From Acidimicrobiales bacterium (lineage in GTDB: Bacteria; Actinomycetota; Acidimicrobiia; Acidimicrobiales; SHLQ01), in the NCBI GenBank assembly GCA_013002375.1, contig JABDJW010000149.1:1-35694 (forward strand): a DNA stretch of 35,694 bases. Direction: 5' to 3'. Shown one piece after another: positions 16,997-29,482 of this stretch (the first letter of the stretch is position 1; each line of letters opens with the position of its first letter). The position numbers were made by a program, and so were the translations under genes. The notes under the pieces were generated by a model. It ran no database searches. It was not told the DNA's origin and was given only the letters and a program-made list of their open reading frames with translations.

Positions 16997-18594
16997 GCAG
17001 CGCCACGAGTTCGACAATGTTCACGCCGCAGCGTCGCCGGGTGAAGTCGACGACCGGACAGATCCTGGGCATCGCGATGGTCTTCGTGAGCCTGGGGCTG
17101 GTGGTCTCGGCCGTGGTCGAGCTGGTCGGTGGTGGAACCGGCGAGGGTCCGCTCCTGATCTCCGCCCTGGTGTTCATCGTCGGCGGGGTGCTGTTGGTCT
17201 GGGCCACGAGAGTGGGTGAAACAACGCCGGTCGCCGTGTTCACTGCCGTCGCGGTCACCTGGTTCACGGTGACCGCGCTGGGTTCGTTGCCGTACATCCT
17301 CGATCGCACGATGGCCGCGCCGGGCGTCACCCGGTGGGTCGAGATCGCCGACGCCTTCTTCGAGGCGGCCTCTGGATTCAGTTGCACCGGCTCGACCGTG
17401 CTGTCGAATCTCCCCGATCTCAACGACCCGGACCCGGCCATTGGCAAGGGCATCCTGTTCTGGCGCCAGCTCACCCAGTGGTACGGCGGGATGGGCATCG
17501 TCGTCCTCGTGCTGGCCGTGCTTCCCGCACTCGGGGCCAGCGCGACCGACTTCCTGGCCGCCGAGGCGCCGGGTGACACAGCCGACAAGGTCGTGCCCCG
17601 CATCGGTGAGACCGCCAAGCGGCTGTGGCTGCTCTATGTCGGGGTCACCGGCTTCATGTCGTTGCTGTACGTCGTGGCCGGTATGTCGATCTTCGACGGG
17701 CTCCAGCACGGCCTGACCTCGGCGGCGACCGGGGGGTTCTCGCCCTACAACGACAGCATCGGTGAATTCGACAGCGTCGCGATCGAACTTGCGTGTATGG
17801 CGGCGATGTTGATCGGTGGCACCAACTTCGTGCTGCACTACCGAGCCGTCCGGGGCGATGTGGGGGTGTACTGGCGCGATCAGGAGTTCCGGACCTACGC
17901 GGCGATCACCGCGGGCTTCGGCACGCTGGTGATCGTTCCTCTTCTGATCGACGGTTCGCTCGGCGGTCTCGGCACCGTACTCCGAGCCGGCATCTTCAAC
18001 ACCGTGACCCTCATCACCAGCACCGGCTTCGGGAACGCCCAGGGTCCTGGGACCGCGGGCGACTTCACCTCCTGGATTCCCGCGCCGATCGTCATCTTCT
18101 TGATCCTGATGTTCATCGGCGGCTGCACCGGTTCGACATCGGGCGGCAGCAAGGTCTTGCGGGCCCGGGTGTTGGGTGGGGTGGCCCGGCGCAGTCTCAA
18201 GCAGATCCGGCACCCGCGGGGCGTGTTCCCGATCAAACTCGACGGCCGTTCGCTACCGGAGCGCGTGGTGGAGCGCATCACCACCTTCATCGTGATCTAC
18301 TTCGGGCTCGCGGTGGTGGGAACGGTGGTGATCACGCTGCTCGGCGCCGAGTTCCAGACCGCGTTGGCCGGCGTACTCTCGTCGCTGGGCAACATGGGTC
18401 CCGCGCTGGGCGAATCCGGCCCGACCGGCACGTTCGTCGCCGGATTCAACACCCCGGCGCGGCTGTTGCTGGCGGTACTCATGATCGTCGGACGGCTCGA
18501 ACTCTTCGCCGTGCTGCTGATGTTTCTCGGCGGCTTCCGGCGGTTGCGCTTCCTGGTGCCTCGGCTCGATCATCGCTCGCGCTACCAGGAGTAG
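16993..18594 (+). CDS. trkH: TrkH-family K+ transporter membrane subunit, paralogue 2
   Basis: Pore loops are EAASGFSCTGSTV, TSAATGGFSPYNDS, ITSTGFGNA and LSSLGNMGPALG. The C-terminus is GRLELFAVLLMF. The in-frame GTG at 16993 overlaps the stop of paralogue 1 (GTGA), and an alternative ATG lies at 17017. The track's 16465 start is an off-frame read-through of paralogue 1. Confidence 0.85.
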   Translation: MSSATSSTMFTPQRRRVKSTTGQILGIAMVFVSLGLVVSAVVELVGGGTGEGPLLISALVFIVGGVLLVWATRVGETTPVAVFTAVAVTWFTVTALGSLPYILDRTMAAPGVTRWVEIADAFFEAASGFSCTGSTVLSNLPDLNDPDPAIGKGILFWRQLTQWYGGMGIVVLVLAVLPALGASATDFLAAEAPGDTADKVVPRIGETAKRLWLLYVGVTGFMSLLYVVAGMSIFDGLQHGLTSAATGGFSPYNDSIGEFDSVAIELACMAAMLIGGTNFVLHYRAVRGDVGVYWRDQEFRTYAAITAGFGTLVIVPLLIDGSLGGLGTVLRAGIFNTVTLITSTGFGNAQGPGTAGDFTSWIPAPIVIFLILMFIGGCTGSTSGGSKVLRARVLGGVARRSLKQIRHPRGVFPIKLDGRSLPERVVERITTFIVIYFGLAVVGTVVITLLGAEFQTALAGVLSSLGNMGPALGESGPTGTFVAGFNTPARLLLAVLMIVGRLELFAVLLMFLGGFRRLRFLVPRLDHRSRYQE

Positions 18595-18648
18595 ACCCCA
18601 CCAGAAGCAGACCGGCCCTCGAGCGCAGGCTCAACGTCGGTGCGCCGG

Positions 18649-19950
18649 CTAGGGGTTCGTGAACAGTTCGACGAGGGCGGCGTGGAACATTGCGGCGTCG
18701 TCGGTGCCGCAGGTCTCGCGCGCCGAGTGCATCGCCAACTGGGGGCAACCGACGTCGACCGTCGCCATGCCGAGCTCCGCAGCGCTGATCGGGCCGATGG
18801 TCGAGCCGCAGGCCAGGTCGGTACGGGTCACGAACTCCTGCACCGGCACGCCGGCGCGGTCGCACGCCCGACGAAATGCCGCGGCCGTCTCGGCCGTCGT
18901 GGCGTAGCGTTCGTTGGCGTTGTACTTCAGCACGGGTCCGGCGTTGAGGGCGATCTGATGGTCGGGTTCGTGGCGGTCGGCGTAGTTCGGATGGGTCGCG
19001 TGGGCGCCATCGGCTGAGACCAACAACGAGTTGGCGATGGCGCGCCGGAAGGCGCCGTGATCGCCGCCGCGGGCGCTGACCGAACGCTCGAGCACCGAGG
19101 CCAGGAGGGGAGAGCCGGCGCCGCTTGCCGAGGTCGAGCCCACCTCTTCGTGATCGAACAAGGCGATCATCGGGACCGAGTCAGGGGTCTCGGCCGTTGC
19201 GGTCAAGACCCGTTGCGCGACGAAACACGAGAGCTGATTGTCGATCCGCGGCGCGGCGAGCAGGTTCTTCCGATACCCGTAGATCTGGGGCGGCCGGACA
19301 TCGTGGAGCATGAGTTCGTGGCTCAAGACATCGGCCGGGTCGACGTCGGCCAGCTCGGCGATGAGGGCGAGGGGCTGTTCGGGCGCGCCTTTTGCATCAT
19401 CGCTGCCCGCGAACCCGCCGATTGGCGCCATGTGCTGTTGCTTGTTCAGCAGGAGGCCAGTCGTCGAGATCTCGCGATCGAGGTGAATGGCCAGCTGCGG
19501 AATCACGAACAACGGATCGTCGGTGTGGACCAGGACGCCTTTTTGGTCATCGCCGTCCCGGACCACCACTCGTCCGGACAGACCCAATTCACGATCGAGC
19601 CAGGAATTCAACAGCACGCCGCCGTAGACCTCGACCCCCACCTGGGCCAAACCCACCTTGGAAGTGCCCGGTTGAGGCTTCAGCCGGAGGTTCGGGCTGT
19701 CGGTATGGGCGCCGATGATACGAAAGCCGGCCTCGGCTGGTTGACCTTGATGCGCCCAGGCCACGATCGCCCCGTTGCGCCGGAGGTAGAACCCACCGTG
19801 CTCGGTCGGCCACGGTTCGTGGTCGTTCACGCCGACGAAACCCTCCGCCGCCAGCGCGCTCGCCACCGTCTCCACGACGTGAAAAGGGCTGGGAGAGGCA
19901 GAAATATCGGCCATAATGTCATTGATCATGTGGGCGTCGCTCGGTGCCAT
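18649..19950 (-). CDS. apeB: M18 family (aspartyl-type) aminopeptidase
   Basis: It has the N-terminal SPSPFHVV motif, then IIGAHTDSPNLRLKP...GRV...FVIPQLAIHLDR...DHEEVGS.SA.GA.S.....VL, and a late ACGSTIGP...G..TVDVG.P.LAMHS. These are typical of M18 enzymes. Confidence 0.88.
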   Translation of the reverse strand: MAPSDAHMINDIMADISASPSPFHVVETVASALAAEGFVGVNDHEPWPTEHGGFYLRRNGAIVAWAHQGQPAEAGFRIIGAHTDSPNLRLKPQPGTSKVGLAQVGVEVYGGVLLNSWLDRELGLSGRVVVRDGDDQKGVLVHTDDPLFVIPQLAIHLDREISTTGLLLNKQQHMAPIGGFAGSDDAKGAPEQPLALIAELADVDPADVLSHELMLHDVRPPQIYGYRKNLLAAPRIDNQLSCFVAQRVLTATAETPDSVPMIALFDHEEVGSTSASGAGSPLLASVLERSVSARGGDHGAFRRAIANSLLVSADGAHATHPNYADRHEPDHQIALNAGPVLKYNANERYATTAETAAAFRRACDRAGVPVQEFVTRTDLACGSTIGPISAAELGMATVDVGCPQLAMHSARETCGTDDAAMFHAALVELFTNP

Positions 19951-20146
19951 GGGTCTATGATGGCTCAGCTACCGGGCGTTTCCGGGTACCTCCCAACGGA
20001 TCGTCCAAGCGCAACGAAGCGCTGATCCGGACCCGAGCGCAACGACGCGCAGCGCCAGCGACCATGCTGATGCAGTGGCCGTGGTAGTTCCCTCGTCTTT
20101 TGATCCTTCTCACCGACGTCATCGGGCGCCGACGACCAGGAGCGTT

Positions 20147-24760
<4,614 letters not shown>

Positions 24761-24774
24761 GAGGACGACTTCAC

Positions 24775-26235
24775 ATGGGTGACCCCAGAGGCTTTCTGAA
24801 ACACGAGCGGATGCTGCCGAAGTACCGGCCCCGCGAGCTACGGCTGCGGGACTGGAACGAGGTCTACGAGGACTTCAGCACCAATGAGCTCCAGGTCCAG
24901 GCGTCGCGCTGCATGGATTGCGGCATTCCGTTCTGTAACAACGGTTGCCCGTTGGGCAACCTGATCCCGGACTGGAACGACCTCGTCTACCAGAACCAAT
25001 GGCGTATGGCGATCGATCGATTGCACGCAACCAACAACTTCCCGGAATTCACCGGGCGACTCTGTCCGGCACCGTGCGAGGCGGCGTGTGTTCTCGGCAT
25101 CAACGAGGATCCCGTCACGATCAAACGGGTCGAGGTCGAGATCATCGACCGGGCGTGGGCCGAAGGCTGGGTCCAGCCGCTGCCACCGAGCAAGACGACC
25201 GGAAACGCCGTCGCTGTCGTCGGGTCGGGGCCCGCCGGGTTGGCCGCGGCCCAGCAGCTGACGCGAGCCGGTCACCGGGTCGTGGTCTTCGAACGGGCCG
25301 ACCGGATCGGCGGCCTGCTGCGGTACGGCATTCCCGAATTCAAGATGGAGAAGCGCCACCTCGAACGCCGGCTCGAACAGATGGAGGCCGAAGGCACCGA
25401 GTTCCGGGTCAGCACCAACGTCGGTGTCGACATCACCGTCGATGAGCTCGAGGCCGACTTCGACGCCGTCGTTCTGGCCGGTGGTGCGACGGCGGCCCGA
25501 GACCTGCCGATTCCGGGCCGCGAGCTCGACGGCGTCCATCAAGCGATGGAGTATCTGCCGCTGGCCAACAAGGTGCAGGAGGGCGACATGCCCGCGTCGC
25601 CGATCGACGCCCACGGCAAGCACGTGATCATCATCGGCGGCGGCGATACCGGGGCCGACTGCCTGGGTACTGCGCACCGCCAAGGCGCGGCCTCGATCCA
25701 CCAGTTCGAGATCATGCCGCGGCCCCCGGAATTTCGCAGCGACGCGAATCCCTGGCCCACCTGGCCGGTGATCTACCGAACGTCGTCGGCGCACGATGAA
25801 GGCGGCGAGCGAGACTTCGCGATCAACACCACCGAGTTCGTCGGCGAAGATGGCCGGCTCACCATGTTGCGGACCGTCCACGTCGAACAGGTCTTCACCG
25901 ACGGCCGCATGAGTTTCGAGCCCATCGAAGGCACCGAGCGGGATTTCCCGGCCGATCTCGTATTTCTGGCGATGGGTTTCACCGGTCCGGAAACCAACGG
26001 ATTGCTCGACGACCTCGGGGTCGAACTCGACGGTCGCGGCAACGTCGTCCGTGACAGCGACTACCGGACGACGGTCGACGATGTCTACGTCTGCGGTGAC
26101 ATGGGACGGGGGCAATCGCTGATCGTCTGGGCCATCGCCGAGGGTCGGTCGTGTGCGGCGGCCGTCGATGCTGCGCTGACCGGACGCTCGGACCTCCCGG
26201 CCCCGATTCCGCCCACGGCGGCCCCTTTGCGCTGA
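24775..26235 (+). CDS. gltD: Glutamate synthase small subunit (NADPH-dependent)
   Basis: It has RCMDCGIPFC...GCPLGN..P.WN, CPAPCE..C and the FAD/NAD motifs VAVVGSGPAGLAAA and IIIGGGDTGADC. It starts 14 bp after gltB. Confidence 0.95.
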   Translation: MGDPRGFLKHERMLPKYRPRELRLRDWNEVYEDFSTNELQVQASRCMDCGIPFCNNGCPLGNLIPDWNDLVYQNQWRMAIDRLHATNNFPEFTGRLCPAPCEAACVLGINEDPVTIKRVEVEIIDRAWAEGWVQPLPPSKTTGNAVAVVGSGPAGLAAAQQLTRAGHRVVVFERADRIGGLLRYGIPEFKMEKRHLERRLEQMEAEGTEFRVSTNVGVDITVDELEADFDAVVLAGGATAARDLPIPGRELDGVHQAMEYLPLANKVQEGDMPASPIDAHGKHVIIIGGGDTGADCLGTAHRQGAASIHQFEIMPRPPEFRSDANPWPTWPVIYRTSSAHDEGGERDFAINTTEFVGEDGRLTMLRTVHVEQVFTDGRMSFEPIEGTERDFPADLVFLAMGFTGPETNGLLDDLGVELDGRGNVVRDSDYRTTVDDVYVCGDMGRGQSLIVWAIAEGRSCAAAVDAALTGRSDLPAPIPPTAAPLR

Positions 26236-26264
26236 GAAGTTCTTAACTCGCCTGTAATTGCGCC

Positions 26265-26293
26265 GATGAAGCTACGAGGGAAACCCCTTCATC
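26265..26293 (+). other. Intergenic stem-loop (7-bp perfect stem GATGAAG/CTTCATC with an inner GGG-AAA-CCC) between gltD and the conservon
   Basis: Read directly: gatgaag ctacga ggg aaa ccc cttcatc. There is no U-tract afterwards, so its role as a terminator or as a leader element is undecided. Confidence 0.3.
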
Positions 26294-26320
26294 GACATCG
26301 CAAGCTCCTCGAGGATCACC

Positions 26321-27985
26321 ATGGGCGAAAATATGACGCTGAGCCGCAAGATCCGGCTGGCCTACTGCTTCCCAGTAGGCGGCATGGTCGTTGTCGGTGC
26401 GATGGGCCTGGTCGGCCTGTCCGGCACCATTGTCGCGGTCGCCGCAGTGGCCATGGCCGTCATTGCATTGCTCGTTGGATTCGTCATCGGTCGCCAGGTG
26501 CGAAAAGCGGTCGCCAAGGTGTCGGAGCAAGCCCAGCATGTGGCCGACGAACTCCCGACGTTCGCCAAGGCGGTGCGTGAGGGTCGGCCCGAATTCGTGC
26601 CGACGCTCGAAGGCGTTTCGGCCCTGGGTGACGACGATCTCGACGAACTGGCCCGGTCGATCAATGTCATCGGCACGCTGGCCACCGAGCAAGCCAGGGA
26701 CTTCGGCGAGCTCGCCCGTCAGGGTGTGGGCGATGTGTTCGTCAGCATCATGCGACGGAACCAGTTGCTCCTCGACCGTCAGATGGCCCTGATCGACCGG
26801 CTCGAAGCGAGCGAACGGGACCCCGACCGGCTCGAGAACCTGTTCACGATCGACCATCTCACCACCCGAATCCGGCGCAACTCCGACAGCCTGTTGGTCC
26901 TCGCCGGTCATGGTCAGGCCCAGCCGACCGCCGAGCCGATTCCGTTGCACGACGTGCTCCGGGTCGCGCAGGCTGAGGTGGCCAACTTCGAGATCGTCGA
27001 GATCCGCAATGCTCCGAAGGTCATGGTGAGCCCGGGTCGTGCGGCATCGCTGGCCCACCTCGTGGCCGAGCTGATCGAGAACGCAACCAAACACGCCGGC
27101 GACCAGTCGGTCGCAGTCGACGCCGAAGTACAGGGCGACATCCTTCGAGTCTCGGTCATCGATGGCGGACCGGGCATGGCCCAGAGCCGCCTCGATGAGA
27201 TCAACGCCCTGCTCCAGGAACCGCCGCCGGTGGGCCTGGCCAGCGGCGATTGGGTTGGTTTCAACGTGGTGAGCCGCCTGGCCGTGCAACTGGACGCTCG
27301 GGTACGACTCGTGTCGGGCGCCGAAGGTGGCCTGATCGCGTGGATCGAAGTACCGGCTGCGCAGTTGTTGATGCCCTCCCTCGCTCGCCCCGAGCCGACC
27401 GATTCGACGGCCGACGAGGCTGTCGCCGGCATCGCCGATACCGATATCGATCCGTTGGATGCGGTCGCGGACGAGTTCTTCGCTGATCCTGCCGAACCGG
27501 CCGACGAGCAACCGACCGAAGACAAGGCAGCCGAAGAACCGCCGGCACAGCAAGTCGCGGGTGTTCTACCCAGCCGGCAGTCCGAGACCTCCGACCTCGA
27601 TCCGGTCAGCGACTGGTCGCCCGGTCACACCGAAGACGCACTGCCGAGCCGTGGTTCGGCCAGTGCGAGTCCTGCCGTCGCCGAGGAACCGATGACCAGC
27701 GCCGACCTCGCCGCTGAACCCCCGGCCGCAGTTCCGGACTGGATGCGCGAGTCGACGCCGGCTCCGGCGCCGACCTTCTCGGTGGAAGCTCCCGAGACCC
27801 TCGATGCCGCACTGGACGCCGACTTCGACGGGCTCCCGACCCGGGGCTCCGAGCCTTCGGTGGTCGATCCGGCGGTGCCGGCGCTCGGCGCCAGCCGGCG
27901 AGAACGAGATCCCGAGGATGTGCGAAGCATTCTCTCGCGCTACCAGCGCAAGGATCAGGGCGGAACCGAAGGAGCGAATGGGTGA
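26321..27985 (+). CDS. cvnA: Conservon subunit A-like membrane protein (histidine-kinase-like ATPase), with a short N-terminus and a long acidic Pro/Ala-rich tail
   Basis: The N-terminal hydrophobic hairpin is VGGMVVVGAMGLVGLSGTIVAVAAVAMAVIALLVGFVIG, followed by a HAMP-like segment (LGDDDLDELARSINVIG). The CvnA-type core is FVSIMRRNQLLLDRQMALIDRLEASERDPDRLENLFTIDHLTTRIRRNSDSLLVLAG. The HATPase_c motifs are ELIENATKHA...VIDGGPGM. The tail is about 190 aa with a D/E/P/A bias and ends ...DPEDVRSILSRYQR. Confidence 0.85.
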   Translation: MGENMTLSRKIRLAYCFPVGGMVVVGAMGLVGLSGTIVAVAAVAMAVIALLVGFVIGRQVRKAVAKVSEQAQHVADELPTFAKAVREGRPEFVPTLEGVSALGDDDLDELARSINVIGTLATEQARDFGELARQGVGDVFVSIMRRNQLLLDRQMALIDRLEASERDPDRLENLFTIDHLTTRIRRNSDSLLVLAGHGQAQPTAEPIPLHDVLRVAQAEVANFEIVEIRNAPKVMVSPGRAASLAHLVAELIENATKHAGDQSVAVDAEVQGDILRVSVIDGGPGMAQSRLDEINALLQEPPPVGLASGDWVGFNVVSRLAVQLDARVRLVSGAEGGLIAWIEVPAAQLLMPSLARPEPTDSTADEAVAGIADTDIDPLDAVADEFFADPAEPADEQPTEDKAAEEPPAQQVAGVLPSRQSETSDLDPVSDWSPGHTEDALPSRGSASASPAVAEEPMTSADLAAEPPAAVPDWMRESTPAPAPTFSVEAPETLDAALDADFDGLPTRGSEPSVVDPAVPALGASRRERDPEDVRSILSRYQRKDQGGTEGANG

Positions 27986-28404
27986 TTACTCAAAGCGTTG
28001 AAGCCCAGGCCGTGGCGGGAGCCATCGATGGTTTCGTGGCGATGAACGACGGTATTCATGAAGCGATCCTGGTGAGCCACGACGGCCTGCCGGTGTCGGC
28101 TTCGGCTGGCATCGACCGGAACGCGGCCGATCGCTTCGCGGCGGTCTCCAGCGGTCTGATCGGCCTGGCCTATGGTGCCTCCGCTCGCTTTCAGGGTGGA
28201 CACATTCACGAAGTGATCGTCGAGATGGAACAAGCGTTCCTCCTGGTCACCGGCATCCCCGACGGCTCGAGTCTGGCGGTATTCGCTGATGTCAACGCCG
28301 ACTTGGGCACGGTCGGCTACGAGATGGCCATGCTCAGCGATGATCTCGGTCAAGTACTCACGCCCGCGATTCGGGCTGAACTCCAGCAGGCGCTTCTTCG
28401 ATGA
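27982..28404 (+). CDS. cvnB: Roadblock/LC7 (MglB-like) domain protein, conservon subunit B-like
   Basis: It is 140 aa. The pattern GA..GFVAMNDGIHEAILVSHDGLPVSAS.G.D...ADRFAAV.SGL..LA... is typical of Robl/LC7. The GTG start overlaps the cvnA stop (GTGA). Confidence 0.85.
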   Translation: MITQSVEAQAVAGAIDGFVAMNDGIHEAILVSHDGLPVSASAGIDRNAADRFAAVSSGLIGLAYGASARFQGGHIHEVIVEMEQAFLLVTGIPDGSSLAVFADVNADLGTVGYEMAMLSDDLGQVLTPAIRAELQQALLR

Positions 28405-28781
28405 ACTTCACTGACGAAACTCCCGTCGAGCCTCGCGGCTTGCGCGTGCGACCGTATGCCCTCACCGGTGGACGAACTCGCTCGGCAACCGACCTGCCGC
28501 TCGAGACCATTGTCAAAACCACCCAGTTCGGCAGGCAGGAACTGACGCACTTGACGCTCGAGCGTCGAGACATCGCCGAGCTGTGTGCCGCCCCGATGGC
28601 GATCGCCGAAATCAGTGCGCACCTGCATGTGCCGCTGGGGGTCGCCCGGGTTCTCGTGGGCGACATGGCGACCGAAGGGCTCCTGGTGACTCACCAAGGA
28701 GCGGCCGAATCGAGCGATCCTGACGCTCGACCGGATGCCTCTCTCCTCGAAAAGGTGCTCCATGGTCTTCAGTCGCTCTGA
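28401..28781 (+). CDS. cvnC: DUF742-family protein, conservon subunit C-like (C-terminal wHTH-like segment)
   Basis: VRPYALTGGRTRS...LPLETIV.TT...... is the DUF742 hallmark. It is followed by IAELCAAPMAIAEISAHLHVPLGVARVLVGDMATEGLL. The ATG overlaps the cvnB stop (ATGA). Confidence 0.85.
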   Translation: MNFTDETPVEPRGLRVRPYALTGGRTRSATDLPLETIVKTTQFGRQELTHLTLERRDIAELCAAPMAIAEISAHLHVPLGVARVLVGDMATEGLLVTHQGAAESSDPDARPDASLLEKVLHGLQSL

Positions 28782-29388
28782 TGCTCCCGCCGCCCCGCAA
28801 TCCGGCGGCATGACCAACGGATCGGGTAGCTCGAACGATCGAGTCCCGGTCCCCGTAAAAATCATCGTCGCCGGCGGCTTTGCCGTCGGCAAGACAACCT
28901 TCGTCGGCAGCTTGTCGGAGATCGAACCCCTCACCACCGAGGCCAACATGACCACGGCCAGTGAGGGCATCGACGACGCCGGTAGTGCCACCGAGACCAA
29001 GAAGGGCACGACCGTCGCGATGGACTTCGGCCGAATCGGCCTCGGCGACGATCTGGTGCTCTACCTGTTCGGAACACCCGGTCAGGAACGATTCCGATTC
29101 ATGTGGGACGACCTGGTGCGGGGTGCCATCGGTGCTGTGGTGCTCGTCGACACCACTCGCCTCGACGAGTGCTTTGCGGCCGTGGACTACTTCGAAGGCG
29201 GCGGTATCCCGTTCGTCGTTGCGGTGAACCAGTTCAACGGCGCCTTGCGGCATCGCCTCGAGGACGTGCGGGAAGCGCTGGCCATCGGGCCGGACGTTCC
29301 CATGGTCACGACCGATGCCCGAGACCGCGAGGCCACCAAGCAGACCCTGCTGCAACTGGTACGCCACGCCATCGCCCAACAGCACTAG
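28762..29388 (+). CDS. cvnD: Small Ras/MglA-like GTPase, conservon subunit D-like ('ATP/GTP-binding protein')
   Basis: It has the P-loop KIIVAGGFAVGKTTF, switch I TTVAMDFG and G3 LFGTPGQERF. At the G4 position it has VAVNQFNG. I chose the ATG at 28762, which overlaps the cvnC 3' end by 20 nt. Alternative ATGs lie at 28735 and 28810. Confidence 0.85.
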   Translation: MVFSRSDAPAAPQSGGMTNGSGSSNDRVPVPVKIIVAGGFAVGKTTFVGSLSEIEPLTTEANMTTASEGIDDAGSATETKKGTTVAMDFGRIGLGDDLVLYLFGTPGQERFRFMWDDLVRGAIGAVVLVDTTRLDECFAAVDYFEGGGIPFVVAVNQFNGALRHRLEDVREALAIGPDVPMVTTDARDREATKQTLLQLVRHAIAQQH

Positions 29389-29482
29389 CCGATCCCGTTC
29401 TCTCGGTGTCTGACACCCTTGCCGCGCATTGGGTGGGTTCGTCGGTTGGGCACTGATCGCCGCGGTTTGCCATCGTTGGCGC

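Noticed and set aside
13536-18213. Three long minus-strand ORFs (13536..15404 at 622 aa, 15401..17017 at 538 aa, 16948..18213 at 421 aa)
   Set aside because: They are antisense to the cyclo-ligase, trkA and both trkH genes, all of which have clear family motifs. Their composition is Arg/Gly/Pro/His-rich and domain-free. They are high-GC artefacts.
24838-27553. Minus-strand ORFs 24838..26115 (425 aa) and 26243..27553 (436 aa)
   Set aside because: They are antisense to gltD and to the cvnA-like gene respectively. They have no motifs and show the same high-GC artefact pattern.
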